A stretch of 64,000 nucleotides of DNA from Candidatus Hydrogenedentota bacterium (GTDB taxonomy: Bacteria > Hydrogenedentota > Hydrogenedentia > Hydrogenedentales > SLHB01), in contig CAIYET010001005.1 of the NCBI GenBank assembly GCA_903925285.1, forward strand, positions 9,703 through 73,702. Direction: 5' to 3'. The notes below the pieces were generated by a model. It was not told the origin of the DNA, ran no database searches, and saw only the letters and a list, made by a program, of their open reading frames with translations. Position numbers and translations under genes: made by a program. This document shows, in pieces, positions 41,433 through 51,800 of this stretch (position 1 is its first letter; every line of letters starts with the position of its first letter).

Positions 41433-43706
41433 ATGACAAAGATCATTCCGATCGTAGCAGTATCCCGGGGGCTCATGGATCGCTTCCTGAAGGCGCGCTC
41501 CGGCCTTATCCAGCGGCAAACATGGGTCAAGCAGGGGTCCGGCCGCAAGGGCCACTACCGCATGCAATGGATCGACCCTTTTACGGGGTTGCCGGCGGAG
41601 AAAGAGCCCGAGAAGCAGTTCGACCTTTTCTCCGGTCCCGGTCCCGACGGGGCTCCCGACAGCGAGAAGGATCGCCGACAGGCTGAAGAGATGGACGCGG
41701 CCGACCAGCCGGCGGGGGGTGGCAAGGGCGGGCCGCTTATAGACACCATCCAGGTATCGAAGGTGCTGAAGAACCAGATTGAGTTCAAGTACGGGAAAGA
41801 AACCTACGCGCTGGGCTCCCGGCGCGACAACGCTATCGCGCTCAAGACGAAACAGCCCGACGGTAAGTCGTGGTACAACTTCGGCGGAAGCATGAATACC
41901 TACGAGAGCTATGGGGATGTCTGCCGGCTTGCGGAAGACCTTAGCAAGAAGTACGGGAAATACAATGGCGACACGGAGCGTTGGGAATTCAGCGACCCGG
42001 ACAAGCCCGCGAAGACCGGCCAGAAGAAGGATGACGGGAAGTACCAGATTTATCATAGTTCCCTGACCGGGGCTATCGACGAAGTGATAGCGCACCTTGA
42101 GAAGCAGGGCCTATTCATGGACGAAGAGGACATTTTCACCTACATATCGACGGGCGACCGCAAGCCCGGCGAAGGCAAGACCAACCGCTACATGCTCCCC
42201 CTCTTCGATGAGAACGGCACCCCTGCAAAGAAGGCGGTGCAGTTCCAAGTCTACGGCATGGGAAACGGCCGGTACGAGTTGAATATGTATACCACCCCCG
42301 CGAAGGAAACCATCTACAACAAGAATAAGGGCCAGATTCTCGGCACGAAAGACGCCGGCATGGCCGAAGCGATTGATTGGGCCTTCGACAACGGGTACGT
42401 CGACACCGACGGGGTAGTGCCCGGGGAAGTTCGCGGACTCGTAGAAAAGCTGAAAAGCTCCGGGGCTCTGTCCGAAGCTGACGAGAAGGACATGATCGCG
42501 AAGGAAAAGGCCATTGTGGCCAAGGATTCGGACCGGGGGGACAAGAGCCAGTCCGAATCCTCATGGCTTGTCACCGCCATGCAGGAAGGGCTGTATCACA
42601 TGGGCGGCTACGACGTTTCCACGAGAACCGCCGAAAACAGGGAGATAGCGCGCCTCGCGGCCGCCGCGCTCAACAGGTATATCGAAAAGGCCAAGAAACC
42701 GGAAGATGCTCCGGCAAAATCAGACAATAGGGTTATGGAAGAAGAATTAGCAAAATACAACATGGAAAATAGGGAAAAGGTTATTGCAGAAGTAGAGCGT
42801 GTATCTGGCAAGAAATTCGGGGATTTGTCAATGAAAGATCGGATTCGCTTTATGGACGAGGCTCAGGCTACTATTACTAAGAAAGCGAACGAGAAGAAGA
42901 CCCTTGAGGCTATGACTTCAGGGCTCAAGCGCGGCGATGGTATCAAGGTCGTCAAGGACAATGGTACAGAGGTATTCGGAAAGTACAACGGCGTTGAAAA
43001 GAACAACGATGCTTCGTGGCTTCGGATGACTCTCGACAACGGCAATGTCCAAGTGATTCGTTCCGATAGGATATCTTCCGTGGATGCCGGGAAGCCCTCG
43101 GGGGAAGAAGGCAAAAAGCCCTTCAAAACAGGGAAGGTCTCTGAATTGGCAGGTGCCATGCAGACGATCGGGGCAATAAAATCCCCCTATCTTATGCACT
43201 TCCCGAGCGATACATGGGGATTCGTTGGGTCCGTCCCCGGGGAACTTTCCTTGGAACACAAGGATGGAACACTCCTGACAGATGAAGAATATAGTAAAGT
43301 TGCACTCGGGGGGGTGGGACTATACAGGTCGACAATCCAGACAAAGGTATGGAAGACCCCTGAAGAGGCGATGAACGCGGCAAGGGCTTTAGGATATGAT
43401 GCTGACGATCTTGAGTCGGCACAACGGGAAGGGCTAAAGTCGTCCAAAATGAGCGGCGGGGTCGATTCCGTGTCCCTGCGCGATATGTGGGAAGTCCTCG
43501 ACCCGGGGCCGTACTCCGACAACATAGCCGCCTATGAAGACGCGGCGAAGAAGATCAAGGAAAGCGCCGCATCGTGGGCGAGGGAAAACAAGAAGACCGG
43601 CGATGGCATGGCGCTTATCAAGGAATACATGGCGACAAAGGGCATGAAGAAGTCCTTCATGGGCTCCTTCCGCTTGGGACTGGCCAAAGCTCTCGGGAAG
43701 AGGTAG
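41433..43706 (+). CDS. large head-module protein carrying the recurrent N-terminal module (putative virion/ejected protein)
   Basis: ATG (MTKIIPIVAV) after GGGGAGG, in frame with track ORF 41400..43706. N-terminal module SRGLMDRFLKARSGLIQRQTWVKQGSGRKGHYRMQWIDP. The remaining domains are not recognised. Confidence 0.5.
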   Translation: MTKIIPIVAVSRGLMDRFLKARSGLIQRQTWVKQGSGRKGHYRMQWIDPFTGLPAEKEPEKQFDLFSGPGPDGAPDSEKDRRQAEEMDAADQPAGGGKGGPLIDTIQVSKVLKNQIEFKYGKETYALGSRRDNAIALKTKQPDGKSWYNFGGSMNTYESYGDVCRLAEDLSKKYGKYNGDTERWEFSDPDKPAKTGQKKDDGKYQIYHSSLTGAIDEVIAHLEKQGLFMDEEDIFTYISTGDRKPGEGKTNRYMLPLFDENGTPAKKAVQFQVYGMGNGRYELNMYTTPAKETIYNKNKGQILGTKDAGMAEAIDWAFDNGYVDTDGVVPGEVRGLVEKLKSSGALSEADEKDMIAKEKAIVAKDSDRGDKSQSESSWLVTAMQEGLYHMGGYDVSTRTAENREIARLAAAALNRYIEKAKKPEDAPAKSDNRVMEEELAKYNMENREKVIAEVERVSGKKFGDLSMKDRIRFMDEAQATITKKANEKKTLEAMTSGLKRGDGIKVVKDNGTEVFGKYNGVEKNNDASWLRMTLDNGNVQVIRSDRISSVDAGKPSGEEGKKPFKTGKVSELAGAMQTIGAIKSPYLMHFPSDTWGFVGSVPGELSLEHKDGTLLTDEEYSKVALGGVGLYRSTIQTKVWKTPEEAMNAARALGYDADDLESAQREGLKSSKMSGGVDSVSLRDMWEVLDPGPYSDNIAAYEDAAKKIKESAASWARENKKTGDGMALIKEYMATKGMKKSFMGSFRLGLAKALGKR

Positions 43707-43708
43707 CC

Positions 43709-44887
43709 ATGTCGGAAGTCCGTATCAGGGTCCTCGATGTCAACGACGCTAACCGCCGCCTGAAGTTCTCTCGGGCGGTGGAAGGCCTTGCCAAGGCGAT
43801 GCAGATACCCATTACCGTGCGGCCGCGCGACAAGGAAAACGCTGAAAAGTTCGTCTACGCCGCCGAAGAAGAACTGGTAGCGGCATGGAGAAAAGACTTT
43901 GCCAGCGTCCTAGATACGATCTACTTCACCGTCTGTGACGTTCTGGACCTTCCCCGGGTGACGACCTTCTCCAAGGCCATAAGGGAACAGGACCCCGAAC
44001 AGAAGCGCCCGATATCCGAAGCCATATTTTATCACCACAGGGTAATATTCAACCCGGAAACGGGGCTCCCGATCTACCGCGAAGACTTCGAGAAGATCAT
44101 CCACGCGATAGAGCGGTTTCTGAACAAGCGGCTGGACCCGTCGGCGAAGAAGATCGTCCTGCACTCCGTTGCCCTCGGGCGCGTCATGGCGCGGCGGCTT
44201 CTTGCGTTGAACGCGGCCGAAATACGCAAGCTGAAGCTTGAGGAAGTCGTCCACGAGGGCAAGCCGATCGAATGGATGGCAGAGTCCCTTGAAAGGCAGA
44301 ACCGCGCCATGGGGCCGTTGCGCCCTGAAGAGCGGGACCGGCTGTCGGAACACTACAAGCATATTTCGCGCATGGTCGACGTGGCCGAACAGTCCATGGG
44401 GGACCATATCACGCAGATGGAAGAGGACACCGTGCATGCGGTACGGCGCTCGATCATCGACGGGGTAAAGGGCCGATCATCCAAGACAGAGATAGCGCAG
44501 GACCTTTTCAACCGATTCGGGGATCTCAATCGCGATTGGGGGCGCATCGCGGAAACGGAAACGGTGGAATCCTTCAACAATGCTTTCCTGAAGGAAACCG
44601 CCGCCATGGCCGAGCCCGGGGAGAAAGTGTACTTCCGCCGCGTTGAAATGCGCGACGACTATGTATGCTCTTTCTGCGAGAAAATCCGGGGGGAAGTTGC
44701 CCTATATGTAAACTCTCCGCTGTCCGATGACAAGATCGAGGACCCGGTGGCCAAGGTTGCTATCTGGGAGGGCAAGAACAACATCGGCCGCAAGGCCAAG
44801 AACTACTGGATGCCGGCCGGAACGGTCCACCCATGGTGTCGCGGTTCATGGGAAAGATTCTTCCCCGACATGGAGGTAATAGTGTGA
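43709..44887 (+). CDS. MuF / SPP1 gp7-like minor head (head morphogenesis) protein
   Basis: Internal ATG (MSEVRIRVLD) 3 nt after the upstream stop. C-terminal DYVCSFCEKIRGE...PAGTVHPWCRGSWE resembles the conserved HPxCRC end of the Phage_Mu_F domain. Confidence 0.65.
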   Translation: MSEVRIRVLDVNDANRRLKFSRAVEGLAKAMQIPITVRPRDKENAEKFVYAAEEELVAAWRKDFASVLDTIYFTVCDVLDLPRVTTFSKAIREQDPEQKRPISEAIFYHHRVIFNPETGLPIYREDFEKIIHAIERFLNKRLDPSAKKIVLHSVALGRVMARRLLALNAAEIRKLKLEEVVHEGKPIEWMAESLERQNRAMGPLRPEERDRLSEHYKHISRMVDVAEQSMGDHITQMEEDTVHAVRRSIIDGVKGRSSKTEIAQDLFNRFGDLNRDWGRIAETETVESFNNAFLKETAAMAEPGEKVYFRRVEMRDDYVCSFCEKIRGEVALYVNSPLSDDKIEDPVAKVAIWEGKNNIGRKAKNYWMPAGTVHPWCRGSWERFFPDMEVIV

Positions 44888-45870
44888 CTGAAGTAATCCT
44901 TGTCCTGTCGAAGGCGATCCGCCCGGGCCTTGTGGCCAAGTACGTCCCGGTCCAGCGGCGCGGGGACAAAATGTATCTCGGGAAGGTATGGACCCGCCCC
45001 GAGCCCCCCAAGACCGAAAAGCCGGGCTGGGCCGCAACGCATTACGGCGAGTGTCCGTACTGCGGGAACCGGCAAATGCTTCCCGGTGGAGTGCTGGCTG
45101 ACCATGGCTACAATCTTCATTTCGGATTCAGGAACGGGACATGCCCGGGCTCGCGCGAGAAGCCGTTCGAGATATCGAAAACCTTCACCGAAAAGAAAGT
45201 AGAGGAAGTTCGGGCCTCGATAGAGCGGCACAAGGAAAAGATTGCGGCCGGGGATTTGGTTGTTCACGAAAGCGGAATAGACTCAAAGGGGAAGGTTGTA
45301 AACCGAGAGATAAGTAGGGCGAAAATAATCGAGAACATGAGAGGGTTTATAGCCTTCCAGCGGGAACGCTTGGAGGGATGGGAGCCCCGGGAATTGACCC
45401 CCATTCGCGGCAGGACTGTTATTGACGAAAAGACGAGGCTACGAGAACTGAGCGAGGCCGAAAAAAAGGTTATGATTCAGGCCCAAGAGCAAGGTGAAGT
45501 GAAGGAGACGGGGAGATTGTGGAGGCGAAATGGGTGTGTTGCCTATGACAGGATTTCCCGGCTCGTAAACGATGGGTTTCTTGAAATAATTGAAAGACGT
45601 AATGGCAAGTACATGGAAGAACAGGTTATCCGTGCGAAGATAGCCCCCGGAGCCGCCGCCGCCTTCCCTGCGCTGGAAAAGCCCATCCGGGGCGGGAAGA
45701 TGGTTCAAGCCATGTGGGGAAAGCTGAAAGCGGAGGGCGAATTGAAAACGAAAGCCGGAAGCTCTCAAGCCTACTTCACGGCTGAAGAGCTTGCCCAAAG
45801 AAACCCGGACCGCGTGATATTGGTGGACAAGGATTACGATGCAATGTTCGTCGTCTTACGCAAGAAATAG
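44884..45870 (+). CDS. hypothetical head-module protein with the recurrent N-terminal module
   Basis: GTGA overlap with the MuF stop, GGAGG upstream, in frame with track ORF 44833..45870. VTEVILVLSKAIRPGLVAKYVPVQRRGDKMYLGKVWTRPEP. Also has a CPYC...C Zn-like cluster. Confidence 0.5.
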   Translation: MTEVILVLSKAIRPGLVAKYVPVQRRGDKMYLGKVWTRPEPPKTEKPGWAATHYGECPYCGNRQMLPGGVLADHGYNLHFGFRNGTCPGSREKPFEISKTFTEKKVEEVRASIERHKEKIAAGDLVVHESGIDSKGKVVNREISRAKIIENMRGFIAFQRERLEGWEPRELTPIRGRTVIDEKTRLRELSEAEKKVMIQAQEQGEVKETGRLWRRNGCVAYDRISRLVNDGFLEIIERRNGKYMEEQVIRAKIAPGAAAAFPALEKPIRGGKMVQAMWGKLKAEGELKTKAGSSQAYFTAEELAQRNPDRVILVDKDYDAMFVVLRKK

Positions 45871-45879
45871 GGGGATGGA

Positions 45880-48800
45880 ATGATCCGCTTGATGATACCC
45901 ATGGAGAACCTTGATACGCTTGAAAAAGCGCGCGCCGGGCTTGTCTACCGAACCGACCTCCCCTATCACCTTTCCAATGGAGCCTTGGCCTTCCGGCGGG
46001 GCTGGGTCCGTCCTGAAGACGTGAAGGCCCTGAATCAGGCGAAGAAACAGGGCGATGCGGCGAGCGTGGTTGGCAAGTATGAATACGAAGCCGATATGTT
46101 CGACGAGGCCGAAGGGGAGCCGTGGGACAGCCCGAAGGCGGAAGCAAAGCCCGAAGATCCGGAAGCCATTGCCGGAAAAGAGAAATGGAACATTTCCGGA
46201 ATGGGCTCCGCAAAGGTTTCGGAATTTGTTGTAGCGGCTCCCGAAGTGAAGACGCCGGAATGGCAAGTATCTGCGGAGCCCGAGAAGTCTAAGGGACATA
46301 TCGCGTTCTTCGGGTCCGGGGAACGGCAAAAAGAGCTTTACCAACTTGATAACGGTGATATCTTCACCGCGTATCTGGGCGAAGTCATAGACATGGACAC
46401 AAAGAACAGGATCGGGCGATGGGAAGGCCCGGGCTGGCAAAAAGACACCATTATGAAAAACCTCGGCATTGTCCAAGAGACAGCCCCCGAGGCGAAGGAA
46501 GAGCCGAAAGAAGCGCCGGCCCTCGATATCCCGGGAGACATCGTTCCGGACGAAATGATCGCCCGGATTGTTCTTTCAGAGCGCCCGGAGGAAGCCCCCG
46601 AGGGATGGATTATTTTCAACGCACCCCGGCCGCTGGTGGGCACGAAGTTCTGGCAGGGCCCTTTCGTGTCCGGGCTTTACTACGCGGCGGTGGACCCTTC
46701 CGACCCGGTAGCCAAAGACTTCATAAGGTCGAACTATCGAGACGGGGCAAGCGTCCTCATGTACCAAACGGAAGAGGCCTATGCCGCCGGCAAGCGGAAG
46801 GAACTCGCGGCCGAATACGAAGACGAATTCAAGAAACATCCGGACCTGAAAGAGTCGTTCGACAAGTACACCGTGGAACAAATCCTCAGTATGGAGCCCC
46901 CCGCTACCACCAAAAAGCTCAAGGATTATCGTAGAGCGATCGAATCGACCTCCGGGGTCAAAACGGACGGGGTAAAGGCCCCGGACGCAGGGGCCAAGCA
47001 GGACGCCCCGGCGGCGGGCAAAACAGAGCCATCGACTATCGCGGAAAGGATATCCAAGCCCGAAATGCCGGACGGTGAAGAAGCGAAGACCGGCGACGTT
47101 CGATCCGACTTGGAACAGGCCATCGCGAAGATGAAGTTCGCGGACTATGGTTCGTGGTCGGCCTCGGGCAAGCACGTCGCGCCGGCGAAGCGCATGGAGT
47201 TGAATCAGCAAATCGCGGAACTCCTCCTCCTGCCCTCGAACGACCTGACGCCGCAAGAGCTTCAGGCCATCCGACAGTATTCAGGGTTCGGCGGCGTCAA
47301 GGCCGACGATGAACGCGGGGTCCTGTACGACTACTTCACGTCGCCCCCGGTGGCGCGCATGGTGTGGAAGCTGGCGAACAAGATCGTGCCCCTGAAGTCC
47401 GGTGCCCGGGCGCTCGAACCTTCCTGCGGGGCCGGCGTGTTCTTCGAGGTAGCGCCGCAAGGTGTCGACCTGACCGGCGTAGAGTTCGACAGCCGCACGT
47501 CGGCCGTGGCGGGGCTCCTGCAACCCCAAGCCCGCATCTACCATTCGTCCTTCGAGCAATTCAACCTCCACCAGAAAGAGAAGTTCGACGCCGTGATAGG
47601 CAACGCGCCCTTCGGCGACCGCTCTGTGGCGACCTCCTTCCTTGATGATCCCGACGAGAAGAGCCTTGACCGATACTTCGTCAGTCGATCGCTCGACAAC
47701 CTGAAGGGCGGCGGGACCATGGCGCTGATTGTCGCGCCCGGGGTGATGGACAATGTGTCCAACTCCGCATGGCGCTCGAAGATGCTCCGGAAGGGGCAAT
47801 TCATCGGCGCGATGCGACTGCCCAACCAGTCCTTCAAGCACACCAATACCGGCGTCTCCCCCGATATCGTCATGTTCCGGGCGTACCCTGAAGACATCAA
47901 GGCAAGGCTCGCGGTCATGTCGGATCAGGAAATGAAGGCCGCCGGCTTCTACGATGACGCATGGGTGGACGGGACCTACTACGACGAGTGCCCGGGGCAC
48001 CGCCTCGGGAGGGTGGAGCGCGGACAATTCGATTCCGAAATCACCGTGGGCAAGCTCGAACCGGCCGACATGGATCGAGCCCTTGAAGTGTTCGAGCCCC
48101 GAGAGCTTCATAGCGCGGAAGACTTCGGGAAGATACGGAACCTGACGCAAGGGACCCTGCCCGAGGCCCCTGATGAAAGCGAGAAGCTTTCCGAGCCCGA
48201 GGCTGAAGCTGTCGCGGCGAAGACCCTGCGCGTGGGGATGACGAAGAGCGAAAACGGGAAGATATACCGCCTGAACGAAAACCACCGATGGGAGCTTGTT
48301 CAAGCAGGAAGCGCGGTGGCGGCAAAGCTCGATCGGGTGAAGGAGATATCGGAAACCGTCCGCAAGATCCGCGAATCCATGCGCGCCGACGAGCCCGTGG
48401 ACGACCTTCAGCGTCAAGCCCGTAGCCTCGTGGAAGCCTATGAAAAGGACTTCGGGGTAAAGCACTCCGAAGACAAGGATATCCAGAAGTTCATCAAGGC
48501 CAACCCGGCGATCGCGAATGTCTACGAAGCCCTGACCATCGCTATAGATTCGGAACTTCTCACGAAGCAGAACGTCTACGACAAGGAAGTGGAAATCGTC
48601 GACGGGCACCGCCCCGCGATTCGCGCGCTCATGGAGCTTCAGCGGGACATGATGGACGCGACGAATGAATCCATCAAGGCCCGGTATCCGAATGGAGCCG
48701 AGGGGCTCATCGAGGCCATGTGGAGCGATCCCGACGTTTTCACTGACGACGCCGGGGTATTCAGGCTCCGCGAAGACTTCATTTCGGGCAACGCATGGGA

Positions 48801-51800
48801 GAAGATAGACGCCCTCGAAAAGGCCGTCGCCGATCACCCCGGGGACGAATGGGTGCGGAACCGCGAAAAGTGGCAAGCCGGCGCGGACGCCATGCGCGAT
48901 GCCGTGGGCTGGATTCCCGTAGAGGACGCCGACGTATTCCCGCAGGGCTCTTGGATTCCCGAAGACCTCATAAACCTCTGGGCTGGAAACGGCATGGGCC
49001 GTCCGGCGCGCAAGGGGTATCGGTACGCCAAGAATGAAGAGGGGAAATGGGGCCTTGCCGCGCTCAAGGGAGATTCCAAGTGGGACTGGAAGACAAGAGA
49101 ATATATCGAGACTAAAGAGGGGGACTGGCAGGAAGAGAACGATGAATTCATATACTTCCTGAACAACCAGAAACAGCGGTCAAAGTATACCGACACCGAA
49201 ACCTACAACAAAAACGCCGTCGGGAACTTCAAGGCATGGCTGGCTACCAATGAAGAGGCGCGCAAGGAAGTAGAGAACCTTTTCAACCGGAACTTCAATA
49301 CCGAACTTGGAGTCCCGACGAAGACCTACGCCGTCCACCTTGACGGATGGAACGATGAAGTGGTCCTTCAGCCGTGGCAATGGCAGACGATCCACCACCT
49401 GTACCGGCAGGGTAAGGGCCTGTCCGCGCTGGGCACGGGGTTCGGAAAGACGCTCGCGGCCGTGGGACTCTACGCGCTCCTGCGGCAGGAAGGAAAGACG
49501 CGGCGCGCTTTCTTCCAAGTGCCGAACAATAAGGTCAAGGATTGGGTGAAGACCTTCGCGAAGGCCATGCCGGGCCTGAAGGTCGGATCGGTGGACCCCG
49601 AGACGAAGGGTTACAACGACCAGACGAAGCGGTTTTCGTGGTATCAGGAACTTGCATCGGGCGATTACGACGTAATTATCCTCCCTGAGTCGTCTTCGAG
49701 CGAGATTCAACTGAATTCCGAGAATGACGACATGATCGTAGCCGACATTTCCTCCCAGATGACGACCACGGAAGGGAAGACCCAGCGGAAGAAGGAACAG
49801 GCCTTGGCCACGGCTGAAGGCAAGCTGTCCGGCGGAAAAAAGAACGTTACGATAACGTTTGAAGAACTAGGGTGCGATACGATTTTCTGCGATGAAATGC
49901 ACCGTATGAAGAATCTGTTCACGTCCAGCCTGTCCCGGGAAACGGGAATGAACGACGGCCGCCGATCGGACCGCGCGCTATCTTTCTTCAAGAAGTGCGA
50001 GTACATGCGCCGGGGCCACGAGGGCAAGGGCGTCTTCGGGCTCACGGCAACCCCGCTCACGAATTCGCCGCTCGAATACTACAACATGTTTTATCACATA
50101 GCCCCGGAAATGCTTTCAAGCATGGGGATCGCGAATATCGACGCTTTCATCAACAACTTCGCCAACATCGAAATGGGTCAAAAGATTGATTCATTCACCG
50201 GGCAAGTGAAGGACGGGAAGGTCCTCAAGGGGTTCAAGAATCTCAGGGCTCTTCAGGATATGTTCTTCAAGTACACCGACCTTCAGAACGATCCCACGAA
50301 GATCGGCCTGAAGAAGCCGACGCCCACGAACCGCCCGAACATCATCCCTATTCAGGAAACGCAGACGGCGGAGATCCGGGCCATAGCGGATGAAGTGAAA
50401 AAGTACCGGGAAATGTCGAAGGAAAAGCGCGCGGACATGCACGAAAACTTCCTGACGTACTATACCCGAATGAGAACCGCGTCCCTCGACCTCGAACTGT
50501 ACGACCCGGTGCGGTTCAAGGGGTGGAAGAATCCGAAGATCGAGAAGATGGTGGACTCGGCCATGGAAACGCTCAATGCGCGCGGCGGCGGGCAAGTAGT
50601 ATTCTGCGATCGCGTTGTTTCCAGCGATGGGACAATAAACATGCACGAGAAGATCAAGGCCGCCCTCGTCGCGAAGGGGTTTGCGGAAAATGAGATTGTC
50701 GTAGTGAATGGGCTCACGAAGTCGGGCACGAAAGCATCAGAACAGTCCCTTGAAAAGGAAGTGTCGTCCGCCATCGACGGGTTTAACTCGGGAAAGTACA
50801 AGATCATCATAGGCACCACGCAGACTATCGGGGAGGGCGTCAACCTTCAAAAGAACTCTTCCGCGCTTCACCACATGGACATCCCCTTCCGTCCCTCAGA
50901 CTTTATCCAGAGGAACGGCCGCATTGACAGGCAGGGGAACAAGCAGTCCACCGTCGAGCTTCATACCTACGCGACAGCCGGGACGATCGACAACTACAGC
51001 ATGGCCCTCGTCGCCGGCAAGGAAAACTGGATTAACCAACTCCTGAAGACGAAATCGAATGTCTTCACGAATCCGAACGGCGAGGGAATGGACATGGACG
51101 AAATCCTGCTGTCCCTCACGCAGGAATGGGGCGACCTGAAGGGCGCTGAAGAGCAGAAGGCGGCTCTAGCATCGAAGAAGGCGGCCGCAATCCAAGCGGA
51201 CAACCAGAAGAAGGCGCATGAATTCTTGCGGCAACTGTCGCTCATGCGCGGGTCCCTGATCGGCTACAAGGGCGACAAGGGGTCCCGGGACTACCAGAAT
51301 CGGTTGCGCAAGATAGACAACCTCGAAGCCGGCCTTCAGACAAACCCCGAATTCCGTCACCCCGAGATATTGGGGCAGGACACGGGACCATTCATGTACG
51401 ACGAGGGCCGCAAGCTCGTGATAAAGAAGGGGGACCTCGTAATATCCAGCGGCGGCGTGTACCGAGTCGCCGACTTTGACTACAAGGAACGGAAATACTT
51501 CTTGCTGTCGGCTATCGACGGGAAGTCGGGGGCCTACGAGAACGCCTATACAAGCGCGACCCAGCGATCGTACTATTCCGGCAACAGCGAGGACAATTTC
51601 ATCTTCGTGCCGAATCCTTCACAACCACAGGTGGATCGGTACATTTCCCTGATCGACCCGGAAGGGTTCTACAAGCAACCGAAAGCCTTCAAGGCGGATA
51701 ACTACGAAGAGTTCGTGAAGATAAACGCCCGTGGGCACAGTATCAAAGAGAAGTATTTCGCCATCAACAAGAAGGGCGAAATTTCAGGGAAGTTGGGAAG

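Noticed and set aside
47281-48876. 531-aa minus-strand ORF
   Set aside because: It lies antisense within the MTase region of the 2135-aa + strand gene. It has no motifs, and its composition is that of a shadow ORF.
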